A stretch of DNA of 64,000 bases, from positions 40,907 to 104,906 of the forward strand of contig CAJUIZ010000006.1 in NCBI GenBank assembly GCA_910586625.1, in the 5' to 3' direction. Shown piece by piece: positions 30,331 to 39,700 of this stretch. The translations under genes were made by a program, and so were the position numbers. This DNA is from an uncultured Christensenellaceae bacterium. GTDB taxonomy: Bacteria > Bacillota > Clostridia > Christensenellales > CAG-314. Under the pieces are notes generated by a model that did no database searches, was not told where the DNA came from, and was given only the letters and a program-made list of their open reading frames with translations. Each line of letters opens with the position of its first letter. Position 1 is the first letter of the stretch.

Positions 30331-30870
30331 TCAGCGGAAAACGCGAGCGACTGTTTCGTCGGAAACAAGGTCGTAAATAGTTACCGACTCGCCGTCGGCT
30401 ATGCAATAGACGTGTTTGCCGTCCTTGGGAAGGGACGCGCTGCCGACGTTGACGCATATTACGCCGTCTACCTTGACGATTTCGCTTACGTGGAAATGTC
30501 CGTAAAACATTACGTCACCATCCGCAAGCGGCGGTAAATTATCCTTATTGAAAACGTGTCCGTGCGTAAAGTACAGACGGCCGTCGCCCAAAGGAATTAC
30601 GTTGTCGCTGACAAACGGAAATCGGCTTATCATTTCGTCCACTTGCGAATCGCAGTTGCCCCTGACCGCGATTATACTGCTTGACAGCGCATTGAACGTG
30701 TCCGCTACGGACATAGGAGAGTATTCATCGGGGAAGGGATTGCGCGGACCGTGATTATATACATCGCCTAAAAGCACCATTACGTCCGCTTTGCTTTGAG
30801 CGAATTTTTCCGCCGTTTTTCTTGCCCAATACGCCGAGCCGTGAATATCCGTTGCTATAAAAATTTTCAT
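30331..30870 (-). CDS. Metallophosphoesterase, YfcE/MJ0936 family
   Basis: MKIFIATDIHGS, LGDVYNHGPRN, GNCD and THGH are the calcineurin-like phosphoesterase motifs. Confidence 0.8.
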   Translation of the reverse strand: MKIFIATDIHGSAYWARKTAEKFAQSKADVMVLLGDVYNHGPRNPFPDEYSPMSVADTFNALSSSIIAVRGNCDSQVDEMISRFPFVSDNVIPLGDGRLYFTHGHVFNKDNLPPLADGDVMFYGHFHVSEIVKVDGVICVNVGSASLPKDGKHVYCIADGESVTIYDLVSDETVARVFR

Positions 30871-30903
30871 AATATTACTCCGAGTTTGAAATTGTCCGCG
30901 CGG

Positions 30904-31923
30904 TTATTTAAGCGCAGCTTCCACGAAGTACGAAGCTATGCCCAACACCGCGCCCGCCAAATACATTACTGCTACAATCGTCAAATTGCGCTTCCAATGC
31001 TTGCGGTCCTTGAAAAGCACAGCCAACGCAATACCGCTGTTGGAAACCAAGCCTGCGAGCATTGCCGAAAAGGTGATTATACCTTCGGAATACATACCGC
31101 ATATTACGACGCTGCTTGCGCAATTGGGAACAAGCCCCAACGCCGCGGTTATAAACCCCTGAAATACCCCGAGATTGGCGGTAAAGCCGACGATAGACTG
31201 CTCGAAATAGAACAGCAGCAAGCCGAAAACGGCATTGACGACGAAGATGTAAACGAAGATTTTGAACGTATGCAAAAGCGGATGCTTAACAAAATTCCAA
31301 AAGCGCGCGCCGCGGCTGCTTGCGTTCTTATCTGCGGCTTGCATATCGTGCTTACAACAGCCGTCGGAAATATGCAGCACGGTCGACGAGCCGCATTGCG
31401 TATCGCATTCGCCGCCGTGGGCGGTATCAAGTCCGACTTCGGTATGAGAGCCGTGTTCTCCGCTGTGGCTATGGTCGTGCGATTCGCGTTGGTCTTGAAC
31501 GACCACGATACGCCCGGAGACAGTTTCGAGCTTGCGCCTGTCGAACAGGTTGATGAGATATCCTAAAAGTACGGCGTAGACTATTTTTACGAGCAGTACT
31601 ATCCACACCGCGCCCACCGTGTCGGAGTTTGTTAAAAGTATGGGCAGAGCTTCGTCGCTTGTAGCTATAAAAAATGCAACGAGCGTGCCTGTTCTTAAAA
31701 AATTCTGACAGTACAAGTCCGTAGCCATTACGGAAAAGCCGCACTGCGGAATAAGCCCCACGCCGCCCGCAATCAGCGGAGACAGTCTGCCGTTAAGCAG
31801 TTTTACCGTCCTGTCGCGCGCCTTGCCGTTGCTTTCCAAAAACTCGATGAGCAGGTAAATTGCCAATAAAAACGGCGCGGCTTTAAGGCTGTCTATTAAA
31901 GAATCCAGTACTATGTCCCACAT
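30904..31923 (-). CDS. Putative 10-TM heavy-metal exporter (ArsP_2-like) with a His/Cys-rich loop
   Basis: The pattern GLIPQCGFSVMATDLY...IATSDEALPILL fits, as far as I recall, the ArsP_2 family. The central loop is ESHDHSHSGEHGSHTEVGLDTAHGGECDTQCG...DGCCKHD. Confidence 0.5.
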   Translation of the reverse strand: MWDIVLDSLIDSLKAAPFLLAIYLLIEFLESNGKARDRTVKLLNGRLSPLIAGGVGLIPQCGFSVMATDLYCQNFLRTGTLVAFFIATSDEALPILLTNSDTVGAVWIVLLVKIVYAVLLGYLINLFDRRKLETVSGRIVVVQDQRESHDHSHSGEHGSHTEVGLDTAHGGECDTQCGSSTVLHISDGCCKHDMQAADKNASSRGARFWNFVKHPLLHTFKIFVYIFVVNAVFGLLLFYFEQSIVGFTANLGVFQGFITAALGLVPNCASSVVICGMYSEGIITFSAMLAGLVSNSGIALAVLFKDRKHWKRNLTIVAVMYLAGAVLGIASYFVEAALK

Positions 31924-31980
31924 AGTATTATACTTTCCTTGAAAAAATTAGGTAATCTGCCCTTATTTGTCCTAAATACG

Positions 31981-32685
31981 TTACTTTTCGCTCTTGCCGC
32001 CCACAAGCCCCAAATCGGCGCAAAGGTCTTCCAAGCTGTCGTTGGCGCGCATAAGCTCGCGCAGATCTATTACCTGCTCCGCCGCTTTTTCCACCTTATC
32101 GATGGGATTTTGCATACTGCTCTGCTCCTGCTCGGACAGCTGCTCCGAGCTTGCGGCAGACTCCGCAGACGACGCCGCGGCAACCTTGGAGGCTTCTTCC
32201 AATTCGCGCGAACGGCGGTTCAGTTCTTCCAGCTCGCGTTCCATACGCTGAGAAAACGGTATGTCACTTTCCGCCTTCTTCCGCGCGTTCCGTTCGTAAT
32301 CAGCTATGACGCGCTCTATCTTCCTTTGCAAGCCGTTGAAGGCGGCGAGCTCTTCCTTGGTGAAGCTTGACACCACCGTCTGCGCGTATGCCTGCCAAGT
32401 AGCGTAAAACTTTTTGGCTTGGAACAGCGCCTGATCCGAATAGTCCTTGGCTTGCCGCTCCATTTGCAACGCGGCATTGCGCGATACGACGAGCGCGTCG
32501 GAGACGGCGTTTTCCTTGGCTTGAAGCTCTGCTATACGTTCGCGAAGCGTTGAATTTTCGTCCAACAGCTCGTCTATACGTTCGCGCTGGGACGAATGGA
32601 TTTTTTTGTTTTTATCAGTTAACTCCGTTATATATTTGTCTACCGATTGCGGGTCGTAGCCGCGAAATATCTTTCTAAATTCCAT
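31981..32685 (-). CDS. DivIVA domain-containing coiled-coil protein
   Basis: N-terminal FRKIFRGYDPQSVDKYITEL, then long heptad-like coiled coil. Confidence 0.8.
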   Translation of the reverse strand: MEFRKIFRGYDPQSVDKYITELTDKNKKIHSSQRERIDELLDENSTLRERIAELQAKENAVSDALVVSRNAALQMERQAKDYSDQALFQAKKFYATWQAYAQTVVSSFTKEELAAFNGLQRKIERVIADYERNARKKAESDIPFSQRMERELEELNRRSRELEEASKVAAASSAESAASSEQLSEQEQSSMQNPIDKVEKAAEQVIDLRELMRANDSLEDLCADLGLVGGKSEK

Positions 32686-34120
32686 TTCGTACGCCCTTCT
32701 TTTCTTCCGAAATCAAACGATGCTTCAAGTCGTACAGCTTGTCGGACAAATCCACCTTGTACTGATGGGGCTTTTGCAGGCGCTTGTACTCGTCCCAAAA
32801 GCCGTCGAGACCTGACTTGCAGCGCGCTTGCAGTTCGTAAACGGACTGCGGAGCGTAGGTCTTGCGACCGTCGATAAATACGTCGGTATACAGTTCCTTT
32901 GCGTAAAAATCAACGACTTCCTTTGTCTTCCACCGCTCGACAGGGTGAGTTAGCGTAAGCGGGCGGGATTCGTCGATAACTTCGTCCGCCAAGCACATAA
33001 GGTCGGCTATCGCCTTGTCCGTAGCCTTGTCGAACAGGCGGTACACCGTCTTGACCCCCGGATTGGTAACCTTGACGGGGTTGTCGGAAATCTTCATCTT
33101 GGGGTAATCTACACCGTCGACGTTTAGGTTGCACAGCTTGTACACGCCGCCGAGACTGGGCGTGCTGTGACTGGTTATCATCTTGGTGCCTACGCCGTAT
33201 TGGTCGATTCGAGCGCCCTGCTCTTTGAGAGATTGCAGTACGTATTCGTCGATATCGGAACTTGCGAATATCTTACACTCCGTATGCCCCGCCGCGTCTA
33301 ACAGCTTGCGAGCTTCCTTGGATAAATAGGCAAGGTCGCCCGAATCGAGACGGATACCCAAGGGCTTGTGACCGTTGGCTTTGAGATAGTCGAATATCTT
33401 GATGGCGTTAGGCACGCCGGAATGCAAGGTGTCGTAGGTATCGACAAGCAGCAGACAGCCGTCGGGATAGGTATCGGCGTACGCCTTGAAAGCGTCGTAT
33501 TCCGTAGGGAAGGACATTACCCAACTGTGCGCGTGCGTACCCTTGGGGGGCATACCGAACATTTGACAGCACAGCACGTTGCTGGTGGACGAGCAGCCGC
33601 CTATTACCGCGGCGCGCGCGCCGTAAATGGACGCGTCGGGGGCTTGAGCGCGACGTAAGCCGAATTCCAATACGCTTGCCGGACTTGCCGCGTGCGTTAT
33701 TCGGCGCGCCTTGGTTGCGATAAGCGTTTGAAAATTGATGATATTGAGCAGCGCCGCTTCCATAAGCTGAGCTTGGCAGATAGGGGCGGTGACAATCATC
33801 AACGGCTCGTAGGGAAACACCGCCGTTCCTTCCGGCACGGCGCGGATACTGCCCGTGAAACGGAAATCGGCAAGCCAAGAAAGAAACGCGTCGTCAAAAG
33901 CCTTTGTCGCGCGCAGATACTCGATATCGTCTTGGGTAAAACGGAGATTTTCCACGTATTCAACCGCCTGCTCCAATCCCGCGGCAATGCAGAAGTTACT
34001 CTCTTCATACGGGCGGAAAAATAAATCGAAGGTTGCGACTTCGTCCGTCTTGCCTTGGAGAAAGTAGCCGTACATCATTGTAAGTTCGTAAAAATCGGTT
34101 AAAAGAGTTAAATTTCGCAT
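32675..34120 (-). CDS. pncB: Nicotinate phosphoribosyltransferase
   Basis: LLTDFYELTMMYGYF, EFGLRRAQ, GTHAHSWVMSF and IRLDSGDL. I moved the start to MRNLTLL (34120), which has an AAGAAGGT RBS. Confidence 0.88.
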   Translation of the reverse strand: MRNLTLLTDFYELTMMYGYFLQGKTDEVATFDLFFRPYEESNFCIAAGLEQAVEYVENLRFTQDDIEYLRATKAFDDAFLSWLADFRFTGSIRAVPEGTAVFPYEPLMIVTAPICQAQLMEAALLNIINFQTLIATKARRITHAASPASVLEFGLRRAQAPDASIYGARAAVIGGCSSTSNVLCCQMFGMPPKGTHAHSWVMSFPTEYDAFKAYADTYPDGCLLLVDTYDTLHSGVPNAIKIFDYLKANGHKPLGIRLDSGDLAYLSKEARKLLDAAGHTECKIFASSDIDEYVLQSLKEQGARIDQYGVGTKMITSHSTPSLGGVYKLCNLNVDGVDYPKMKISDNPVKVTNPGVKTVYRLFDKATDKAIADLMCLADEVIDESRPLTLTHPVERWKTKEVVDFYAKELYTDVFIDGRKTYAPQSVYELQARCKSGLDGFWDEYKRLQKPHQYKVDLSDKLYDLKHRLISEEKKGVRNGI

Positions 34121-34286
34121 ATAGTTACCTTCTTGGCTGTTAGTTTTTGTAAGATTTTTTTGCCGAGCGTCTACGCGCATAGGAGAGTATTGCTCGGTTG
34201 AAATGACACAATAATTATTTCAATCGAATCGGCATACCGCGTCGACTCGGCGCGACCGTTCGGTACAAAGCGCGGATACAGATATT

Positions 34287-35903
34287 TCAGTCGTCGGAAT
34301 GCGATTCGGTATCGTCTTGGGACGGTGCTTCGGTCGGAGCGGATTTCTTTTTTGCTGCGCGCTTGCCCTTGTCGGGGTCAACATAAGGTTTTAGATGCTC
34401 TACGCCGTAATCGAGATAGGTCTTGGGCGGGAACAAAAACAGCAGGAATTTGTTGAGATTGCAGTCGTATTCCGCGCCGCAATCGCACTTGGCGCGCGTT
34501 GCGCCGCGAGTCTCAGCAAGCTTTAACAGCGTTTTAATCGAGGGAGCGAACTTCCACACCGCAATTGCCGCGATACACAGCAAGCACAGCACGAACAATA
34601 CCGTGCCGTTGGGTATGCCGCCGATTATTCCCCAACGTACAAGAGAGAACAAGCCGAAGCCCAAAAGCAAAGCGATTGCCGCGCCGTAGCAGATTACCTG
34701 CGTAAGCGTCTTTTCGTACGGCGACTGCCAGTTTTCCGCGGGAACGTTGTTTTGACGGCAGGACTTGCAATACAGCTTGATTCTGTCGAACAGCGACCAT
34801 ACGCCGAGCGCCGAATAGACGCACAGCGCCAACGAAATAACGCCCGCGATAAGATAAGATTCGCCGCCTTTGCCGCTTACAGACTTGGTTGTCGCGCTCA
34901 AAACGCACATAGCCACGCCTATACCCAAGAAAACGACGGAAACGGCAAGCAGAATCCAACGTGACTTGGACAGCTCGTCAAGATCGTCCTTGAACATTTT
35001 TTTGTACAGAGCGTGCAGCTCTTTGCGGTATATTTTGCACAGCGTAAGCACGCCGAAAAGTATAGCGAATACCGAAACGAGCTGCGAAATCTTGATATCC
35101 GTTTCGATATGCCCGACGTACAGATACAAACTGTCGCTGCGGAAGCCTTCGATTACAAGGCGGACTATACCGTAGTAAATACCGTAAAATGCCGAACACC
35201 AACCGAGCTTGTAATGCTTGCTTCGGGTAAGCAGCAGTACGCATACCAAAAAGCCAAGAAAAGTACAAACGCTTTCGTAAAAGAAGGTGGCTTGATACCA
35301 ACCGCCCGTTTCGCCGCCTATCCATACGGCGTAGCCGTTGAAGCCGTGCCGCGGACCGTGATTGAGCCATTCGAAAAAGTTGGGCAAAGCGTTGTAATCG
35401 TTAGTTATGAGATTGCCGTACGCTTCCTGATTGAAAAAGTTGCCCCAACGCCCCAAGCTCTGCGCCAAGAAAAGCCCCGGCATTATGGAATCCGCCACGA
35501 TGCGGAAATCCTGTTTCTTGATTTTAGCCATTACCATAGCGGCAAGATAACCCAAGATTACGCCGCCGTAGATGCCCAAGCCGCCGCTGCGAAAATCGAA
35601 AAACGTTGACCAATCGGGCGTGTATGTGTTGCTCCACGGAAAGATGTAGACGTAGGCGCGCGCGCCGAGCACGCCCAACGGAATTACAGCGAGAGCGTAA
35701 ATCGTTATGTCGTACGGGTCGTAGCCGCGCTTTTTGAAATAAAGCCCAGCGGTAATAATTGCCATACACATACCGAACACTATCACTATGGCGTAGAGAT
35801 AGATTTCCAAGCCGAAAACGGACAGATAAGGATGGCTTGTATCCCAACACAAACCGAATTTTTCGTTTCCGAATACGAAAACGTCTGAAAGTATATTTAG
35901 CAA
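34287..35903 (-). CDS. lgt: Prolipoprotein diacylglyceryl transferase fused to a ~280-aa C-terminal membrane/Cys-containing extension
   Basis: Lgt motifs GGLGIYGGVILG and GRWGNFFNQEAYG. I propose a TTG start at 35903 (RBS GAAGGTG) because a terminator and promoter lie at 35977-36050, inside the longer ORF. Confidence 0.8.
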   Translation of the reverse strand: MLNILSDVFVFGNEKFGLCWDTSHPYLSVFGLEIYLYAIVIVFGMCMAIITAGLYFKKRGYDPYDITIYALAVIPLGVLGARAYVYIFPWSNTYTPDWSTFFDFRSGGLGIYGGVILGYLAAMVMAKIKKQDFRIVADSIMPGLFLAQSLGRWGNFFNQEAYGNLITNDYNALPNFFEWLNHGPRHGFNGYAVWIGGETGGWYQATFFYESVCTFLGFLVCVLLLTRSKHYKLGWCSAFYGIYYGIVRLVIEGFRSDSLYLYVGHIETDIKISQLVSVFAILFGVLTLCKIYRKELHALYKKMFKDDLDELSKSRWILLAVSVVFLGIGVAMCVLSATTKSVSGKGGESYLIAGVISLALCVYSALGVWSLFDRIKLYCKSCRQNNVPAENWQSPYEKTLTQVICYGAAIALLLGFGLFSLVRWGIIGGIPNGTVLFVLCLLCIAAIAVWKFAPSIKTLLKLAETRGATRAKCDCGAEYDCNLNKFLLFLFPPKTYLDYGVEHLKPYVDPDKGKRAAKKKSAPTEAPSQDDTESHSDD

Positions 35904-35976
35904 GTTGGCACCTTCTTGACGGCGCGGCTTAGAACGGGCAGCCCCGAAACACAAACCGCGCATTGTATAATATATT

Positions 35977-36005
35977 ATTTTACTATTTTTATTATTAGGT
36001 GTCAA
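35977..36005 (-). promoter_or_regulatory. Promoter of lgt
   Basis: On the minus strand: TTGACA (36005-36000), a 17-nt spacer, then TAAAAT (35982-35977). Confidence 0.6.
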
Positions 36006-36016
36006 TAATAGGGGCG

Positions 36017-36050
36017 TAAAAAACGTCCCGTTTGAAAAAATAAACGGGAC
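36017..36050 (-). terminator. Rho-independent terminator after the glycosyltransferase gene
   Basis: On the minus strand, GTCCCGTTT-ATTTTTTC-AAACGGGAC is followed by GTTTTTTA. Confidence 0.75.
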
Positions 36051-36058
36051 GGCGTATT

Positions 36059-37213
36059 TTACAATTTTCCGTGAGATAGAAGCCAATTAAATATTATCTC
36101 GGCGCAACTGTCGGCGCCGTAATCGGAACGCAAAGACCGAGCGGAATAAAGCAGAGCGTCGTATTCGGACGAACCGTCGGCGAATTGAGAAATCTTATTA
36201 ACCACGTCTTCCGGATCGAATATTTTAAGCGCGCTCTTGACCATATTTACATAATATTCGCCGTTAAGCTGCTCCACTCCGCTGGAATAATTTGTGGCGA
36301 TTTGCGGAACGCCGAAGAAACACGCTTCGGCAAAAATATTAGCGCCGCTTTTGCCGCAGAACAAATCCGAAGCAGCTATGTAATCGAGCATTTTATTTGT
36401 AAAACCAATAGGTATCAAGCGACATTTACCTACGGTTTCAATAGCGGACAGCTCCTTGTATAACTCTTCGTTTTTACCGCAAACCGCAATGATATTTACA
36501 GGCAAATCGCGCTCTATGGCAAGACGGCAAATTTTGGACATTTTACCTATGCCGTATCCGCCCTCGGCAAGCAATGCGGTAAAGCGATTGTCTATGCCCA
36601 ATTTGGCTCGTAAAGCCTCCTTATCCGGGCAAACGTCATACGCTTCGCGGCGTATAGGGTACGGAACGTACAGCGCGTTATTTTTGTTGAAACGGCGGCG
36701 ATATTTTTTTATCGCTTCGGCATAGCCTATTCTCGACGGAATAACGAACAAATCGCAGGGATAATTGTACAACGGGTATGTTCTCGGATCCGGACAGTAC
36801 AACACTGTGGCAGGCTTGCGGTTACATTTACAAGCAAAATAATTAGTAGACCAATGCGTACTTATTACTACGTCGGGTTCGAGCTCGTCCATATGGAGCA
36901 CAGCGGCTTCGAACGCGCCCGACTTCAAATAGCGCGCCGAGCTGCGAGTGGATATGCGAGCGCCCCAAAAGTTCATACTATCAGTCATAAAGAAGCCGAA
37001 AGACCTGTCTTTATTCTGCCGTTCTACGGAATTGCACATACGTTCTTCGAACGCTTTGAGACTCTCATTGCCGCTTTCGGTAAAAAAGCGCGAACGTAAG
37101 CAATCAACCCTGTCGCCGTAATTGTGCTCGAATGCGTCTGCAATACCGCGCATAGGAATTATATGTCCCATACCCGCTTCGGCGAAAGGGAACACGACTC
37201 TTTTATTACTCAT
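36059..37213 (-). CDS. Glycolipid glycosyltransferase, MGDG synthase/UgtP-like (GT28)
   Basis: The N-terminal FAEAGMGHIIPMRGIADAF and the C-terminal GKSGANIFAEACFFGVPQI resemble diacylglycerol glycosyltransferases. Confidence 0.75.
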   Translation of the reverse strand: MSNKRVVFPFAEAGMGHIIPMRGIADAFEHNYGDRVDCLRSRFFTESGNESLKAFEERMCNSVERQNKDRSFGFFMTDSMNFWGARISTRSSARYLKSGAFEAAVLHMDELEPDVVISTHWSTNYFACKCNRKPATVLYCPDPRTYPLYNYPCDLFVIPSRIGYAEAIKKYRRRFNKNNALYVPYPIRREAYDVCPDKEALRAKLGIDNRFTALLAEGGYGIGKMSKICRLAIERDLPVNIIAVCGKNEELYKELSAIETVGKCRLIPIGFTNKMLDYIAASDLFCGKSGANIFAEACFFGVPQIATNYSSGVEQLNGEYYVNMVKSALKIFDPEDVVNKISQFADGSSEYDALLYSARSLRSDYGADSCAEIIFNWLLSHGKL

Positions 37214-37395
37214 ACGGTAAACTCCAATAATTTTAACGTATTATAATCGCGCCGCAACAAAACGTAACGTAACGATAGAAAGTATGCCGTCATCCGAATA
37301 ACCTAACGATAGAAAAATAACAACCTATCCGATTATACGCACTTTCGTCGGCAGCAGAAGCAAGACATCGTCAAATGCGATATAATGCTATATTC

Positions 37396-37650
37396 GATAT
37401 TATTATACCGCACACGAGCGATATTTTTCGCAATAAGTAATCATCAACGCGATACGATGTAACAGCGAATAACTGATAGCAGTTAGTTGCAGATTAACGC
37501 AGTTAATGGTTGTTCATATACTATTATATCGTACACGAACCAACTTAACGCACATTACACAACTTATCGCGTGATACGATGTAATAGCGAATAATTAATA
37601 GTAGTTATTTGTAGTCAAACGTCGATAATTATTGTTCGTATACTATTATA
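37396..37650. repeat. Diverged tandem duplication, period 122 bp (about 2.1 copies)
   Basis: GATACGATGTAA occurs at 37451 and 37573, and TACTATTATA at 37519 and 37641. The last ~80 nt of each unit are ~80% identical, and the first ~40 nt much less so. Confidence 0.8.
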
Positions 37651-37673
37651 ACATAGCTTGACATATTATTCAA
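37645..37673 (-). promoter_or_regulatory. Candidate sigma-70 promoter reading through the 122-bp repeats toward the glycosyltransferase gene
   Basis: On the minus strand: TTGAAT (37673-37668), a 17-nt spacer, then TATAAT (37650-37645). Confidence 0.5.
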
Positions 37674-37967
37674 GCGTTATTTCGGCGGTAAAACGACAAA
37701 AAAACAAGACGGCGGAGTTATTATTACCGCCAATTTCCGATCAGACAAAAGAACAAAATACACGGACGGCAGGTATAAAACAGGGCGGAAAGTTAATAAT
37801 AGCATTACGCGGGAAAAGCACGTTTTGCCGAGCGATTACATAGTCTACAAATGGGAGTTCTTCAAGCATTAACGGCACAAGGTTTAATCGCGGCAAACGG
37901 AAACGGCGGCGGCAAAAAAAATAACGCTTGCCGACTTTACGCGTCCGAAAAGAACAAAGGAGCGAAA

Positions 37968-38306
37968 ATGATTAAACGCGGAGAAATATATTATGCAGAC
38001 TTGAACCCCGTAATCGGCAGCGAGCAAGGGGGCGTACGTCCTATTGTCGTGCTGCAAAACGACGTGGGAAACAAATACAGCCCCACCGTCATTGCCGCGG
38101 CAACCACAAGCAAACTGACCAAAGCCAAGCTGCCAACGCATATAGAGCTTGCCAAGGAGCATTCGCCGCTGCCCAAAGATTCGGTAGTACTGTTGGAACA
38201 AATACGCACCATAGACAAAAGCCGAATAAAGGAACGCATAGGCGAACTGCCGCCGGAAACAATGCAGCAGATCGATAACGCGCTGCTGATAAGTCTCGGC
38301 TTTTAG
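37968..38306 (+). CDS. mazF: MazF/PemK-family endoribonuclease toxin
   Basis: [49 protein letters not shown]...[13 protein letters not shown] is the canonical MazF/EndoA pattern. The start at 37968 is preceded by AAAGGAG. The in-frame upstream extension has no RBS. Confidence 0.9.
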   Translation: MIKRGEIYYADLNPVIGSEQGGVRPIVVLQNDVGNKYSPTVIAAATTSKLTKAKLPTHIELAKEHSPLPKDSVVLLEQIRTIDKSRIKERIGELPPETMQQIDNALLISLGF

Positions 38307-38454
38307 CTGCGCCGCTACCGCATAAACGCGACGGTTGGGGCGCATATCGCGGCTATGTCGAAACGCATAAAATGCCCGCTACCGCAAAAAAATGCAATAC
38401 CGAATGCATTTTGGAAAGTAATAGCTCGATAATACGTTTATAATAAAAAACAAT

Positions 38455-38485
38455 GAAAAACCGCTCAAAACGAGCGGTTTTATTG
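38455..38485. terminator. Bidirectional terminator
   Basis: GAAAAACCGCTC-AAAAC-GAGCGGTTTTATT lies between the convergent mazF and mscS genes. Confidence 0.75.
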
Positions 38486-38568
38486 CATTTTTGTGATATT
38501 ATGCGTGTAATAGTATATTACATTTTACTATAATTTTATAGTACAAGCGGCTTTTAACTGCGCTGCGT

Positions 38569-39564
38569 TTACTTCTTGGCAGGGGACGACTTCTTGGCGG
38601 ACGTCTTACTGCCCGACCGCTTTGCCGCAGAGGACGCTGCTTTGGACGACGGCTTGTCCCGAGTTTCGGTTAATTCGGCAGCGGGCGCGGCGGGAAGAAT
38701 ATTGACGTCCAAAGTGTTGAACGGAATCTGAATACCTTCCTGCTCGAAACGTTTGACCATACGCTCGTTAAGGTCGAAATACACTGTCCAATAGTCGGCG
38801 TTTTTCGTCCAGCAGCGGCATACGAAATCAAGCGAGCTTGCGCTCTGCTCGGAAAGACGAACGGTATAACCTTCGTCATGAAGCACTAATTCGTGTTCGT
38901 CTAAAACGGACTGAATAGTCAGCTTTACCTTGTCGATATCCGAACCGTACGCCACGCCGAATTTAAGGTCTACGCGGCGTTTTTCTTCGGTGGAATAGTT
39001 GATTATGTTGCCGCCCGATACGGACGAATTGGGAACGGAAATAACCTTATTATCGGGAGTTATCAGTTTGGTTGAAAACAGAGTAATCTTCTCCACGGTG
39101 CCGGAGATTCCTGCAATTTCCACAAAGTCGCCTTCCTTGAACGGGTGATTGGTGACAAGAATTATTCCGCTTGCGAAGTTGGATATAACGGACTGTACGG
39201 CAAGGGAAATTGCCAACGTGCCGACAGTAAATAAAGCAACGAAGCTGGAGGTATCGATACCCAAAACGCGCATAATCGCGATAAGATAAATAAACACCAA
39301 AATAATTTTGAGTATAGTTACTATAAAGTTGCCTGCGATTCCTTTAAGCTTGCCGCGGTTGACGATTTTGCGGGTAACGACAAGAATAATCTTGATTAGT
39401 ATAAGTCCCAGCACCACCACCGCAAGGCAGCACAGCAGCTTGACCCAACCGCGTTCGTCTATAAACCAAGTTACGATTGTAGCCCACAGTTTTTGAAAAA
39501 ACGTAAGATCGACTATGGGTTCTTCCGCGCCCGCTTCGGCAGCGAGCAGTCTTAAAACGTTCAT
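38569..39564 (-). CDS. Mechanosensitive ion channel family protein (MscS-like) with a K/S/A-rich tail
   Basis: Three TM helices followed by PFKEGDFVEIAGISGTVEKITLFSTKLITPDNKVISVPNS. Confidence 0.88.
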   Translation of the reverse strand: MNVLRLLAAEAGAEEPIVDLTFFQKLWATIVTWFIDERGWVKLLCCLAVVVLGLILIKIILVVTRKIVNRGKLKGIAGNFIVTILKIILVFIYLIAIMRVLGIDTSSFVALFTVGTLAISLAVQSVISNFASGIILVTNHPFKEGDFVEIAGISGTVEKITLFSTKLITPDNKVISVPNSSVSGGNIINYSTEEKRRVDLKFGVAYGSDIDKVKLTIQSVLDEHELVLHDEGYTVRLSEQSASSLDFVCRCWTKNADYWTVYFDLNERMVKRFEQEGIQIPFNTLDVNILPAAPAAELTETRDKPSSKAASSAAKRSGSKTSAKKSSPAKK

Positions 39565-39700
39565 ATCATTTTCTCCTTTTGTATTTATATAATTTGTATA
39601 TCAGCCGACAGCGACGCAATTGCGCGCGGACGAATCCGCAAGTGAAATCCTATGCGTTCCGTCGGCATTTGTACCCTATTAGCGTAACTTTGCGGCACGA

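Noticed and set aside
35904-36086. Upstream ATG starts (36086, 35963) for lgt
   Set aside because: A rho-independent terminator (36017-36050) and a TTGACA-17-TAAAAT promoter (35977-36005) lie inside that stretch. The TTG at 35903 has a GAAGGTG RBS, and the Lgt-like sequence begins just after it.
37396-37650. A CRISPR array or iteron cluster in the AT-rich gap
   Set aside because: There are only ~2 long (122-bp) diverged units with no short repeat/spacer alternation and no cas or rep genes nearby.
37851-37967. 39-aa in-frame N-terminal extension of MazF, considered as a possible fused antitoxin
   Set aside because: It has no RBS, a Gly/Asn-rich composition and is too short for any antitoxin fold. 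The canonical MazF N-terminus MIKRGEIY has its own AAAGGAG.
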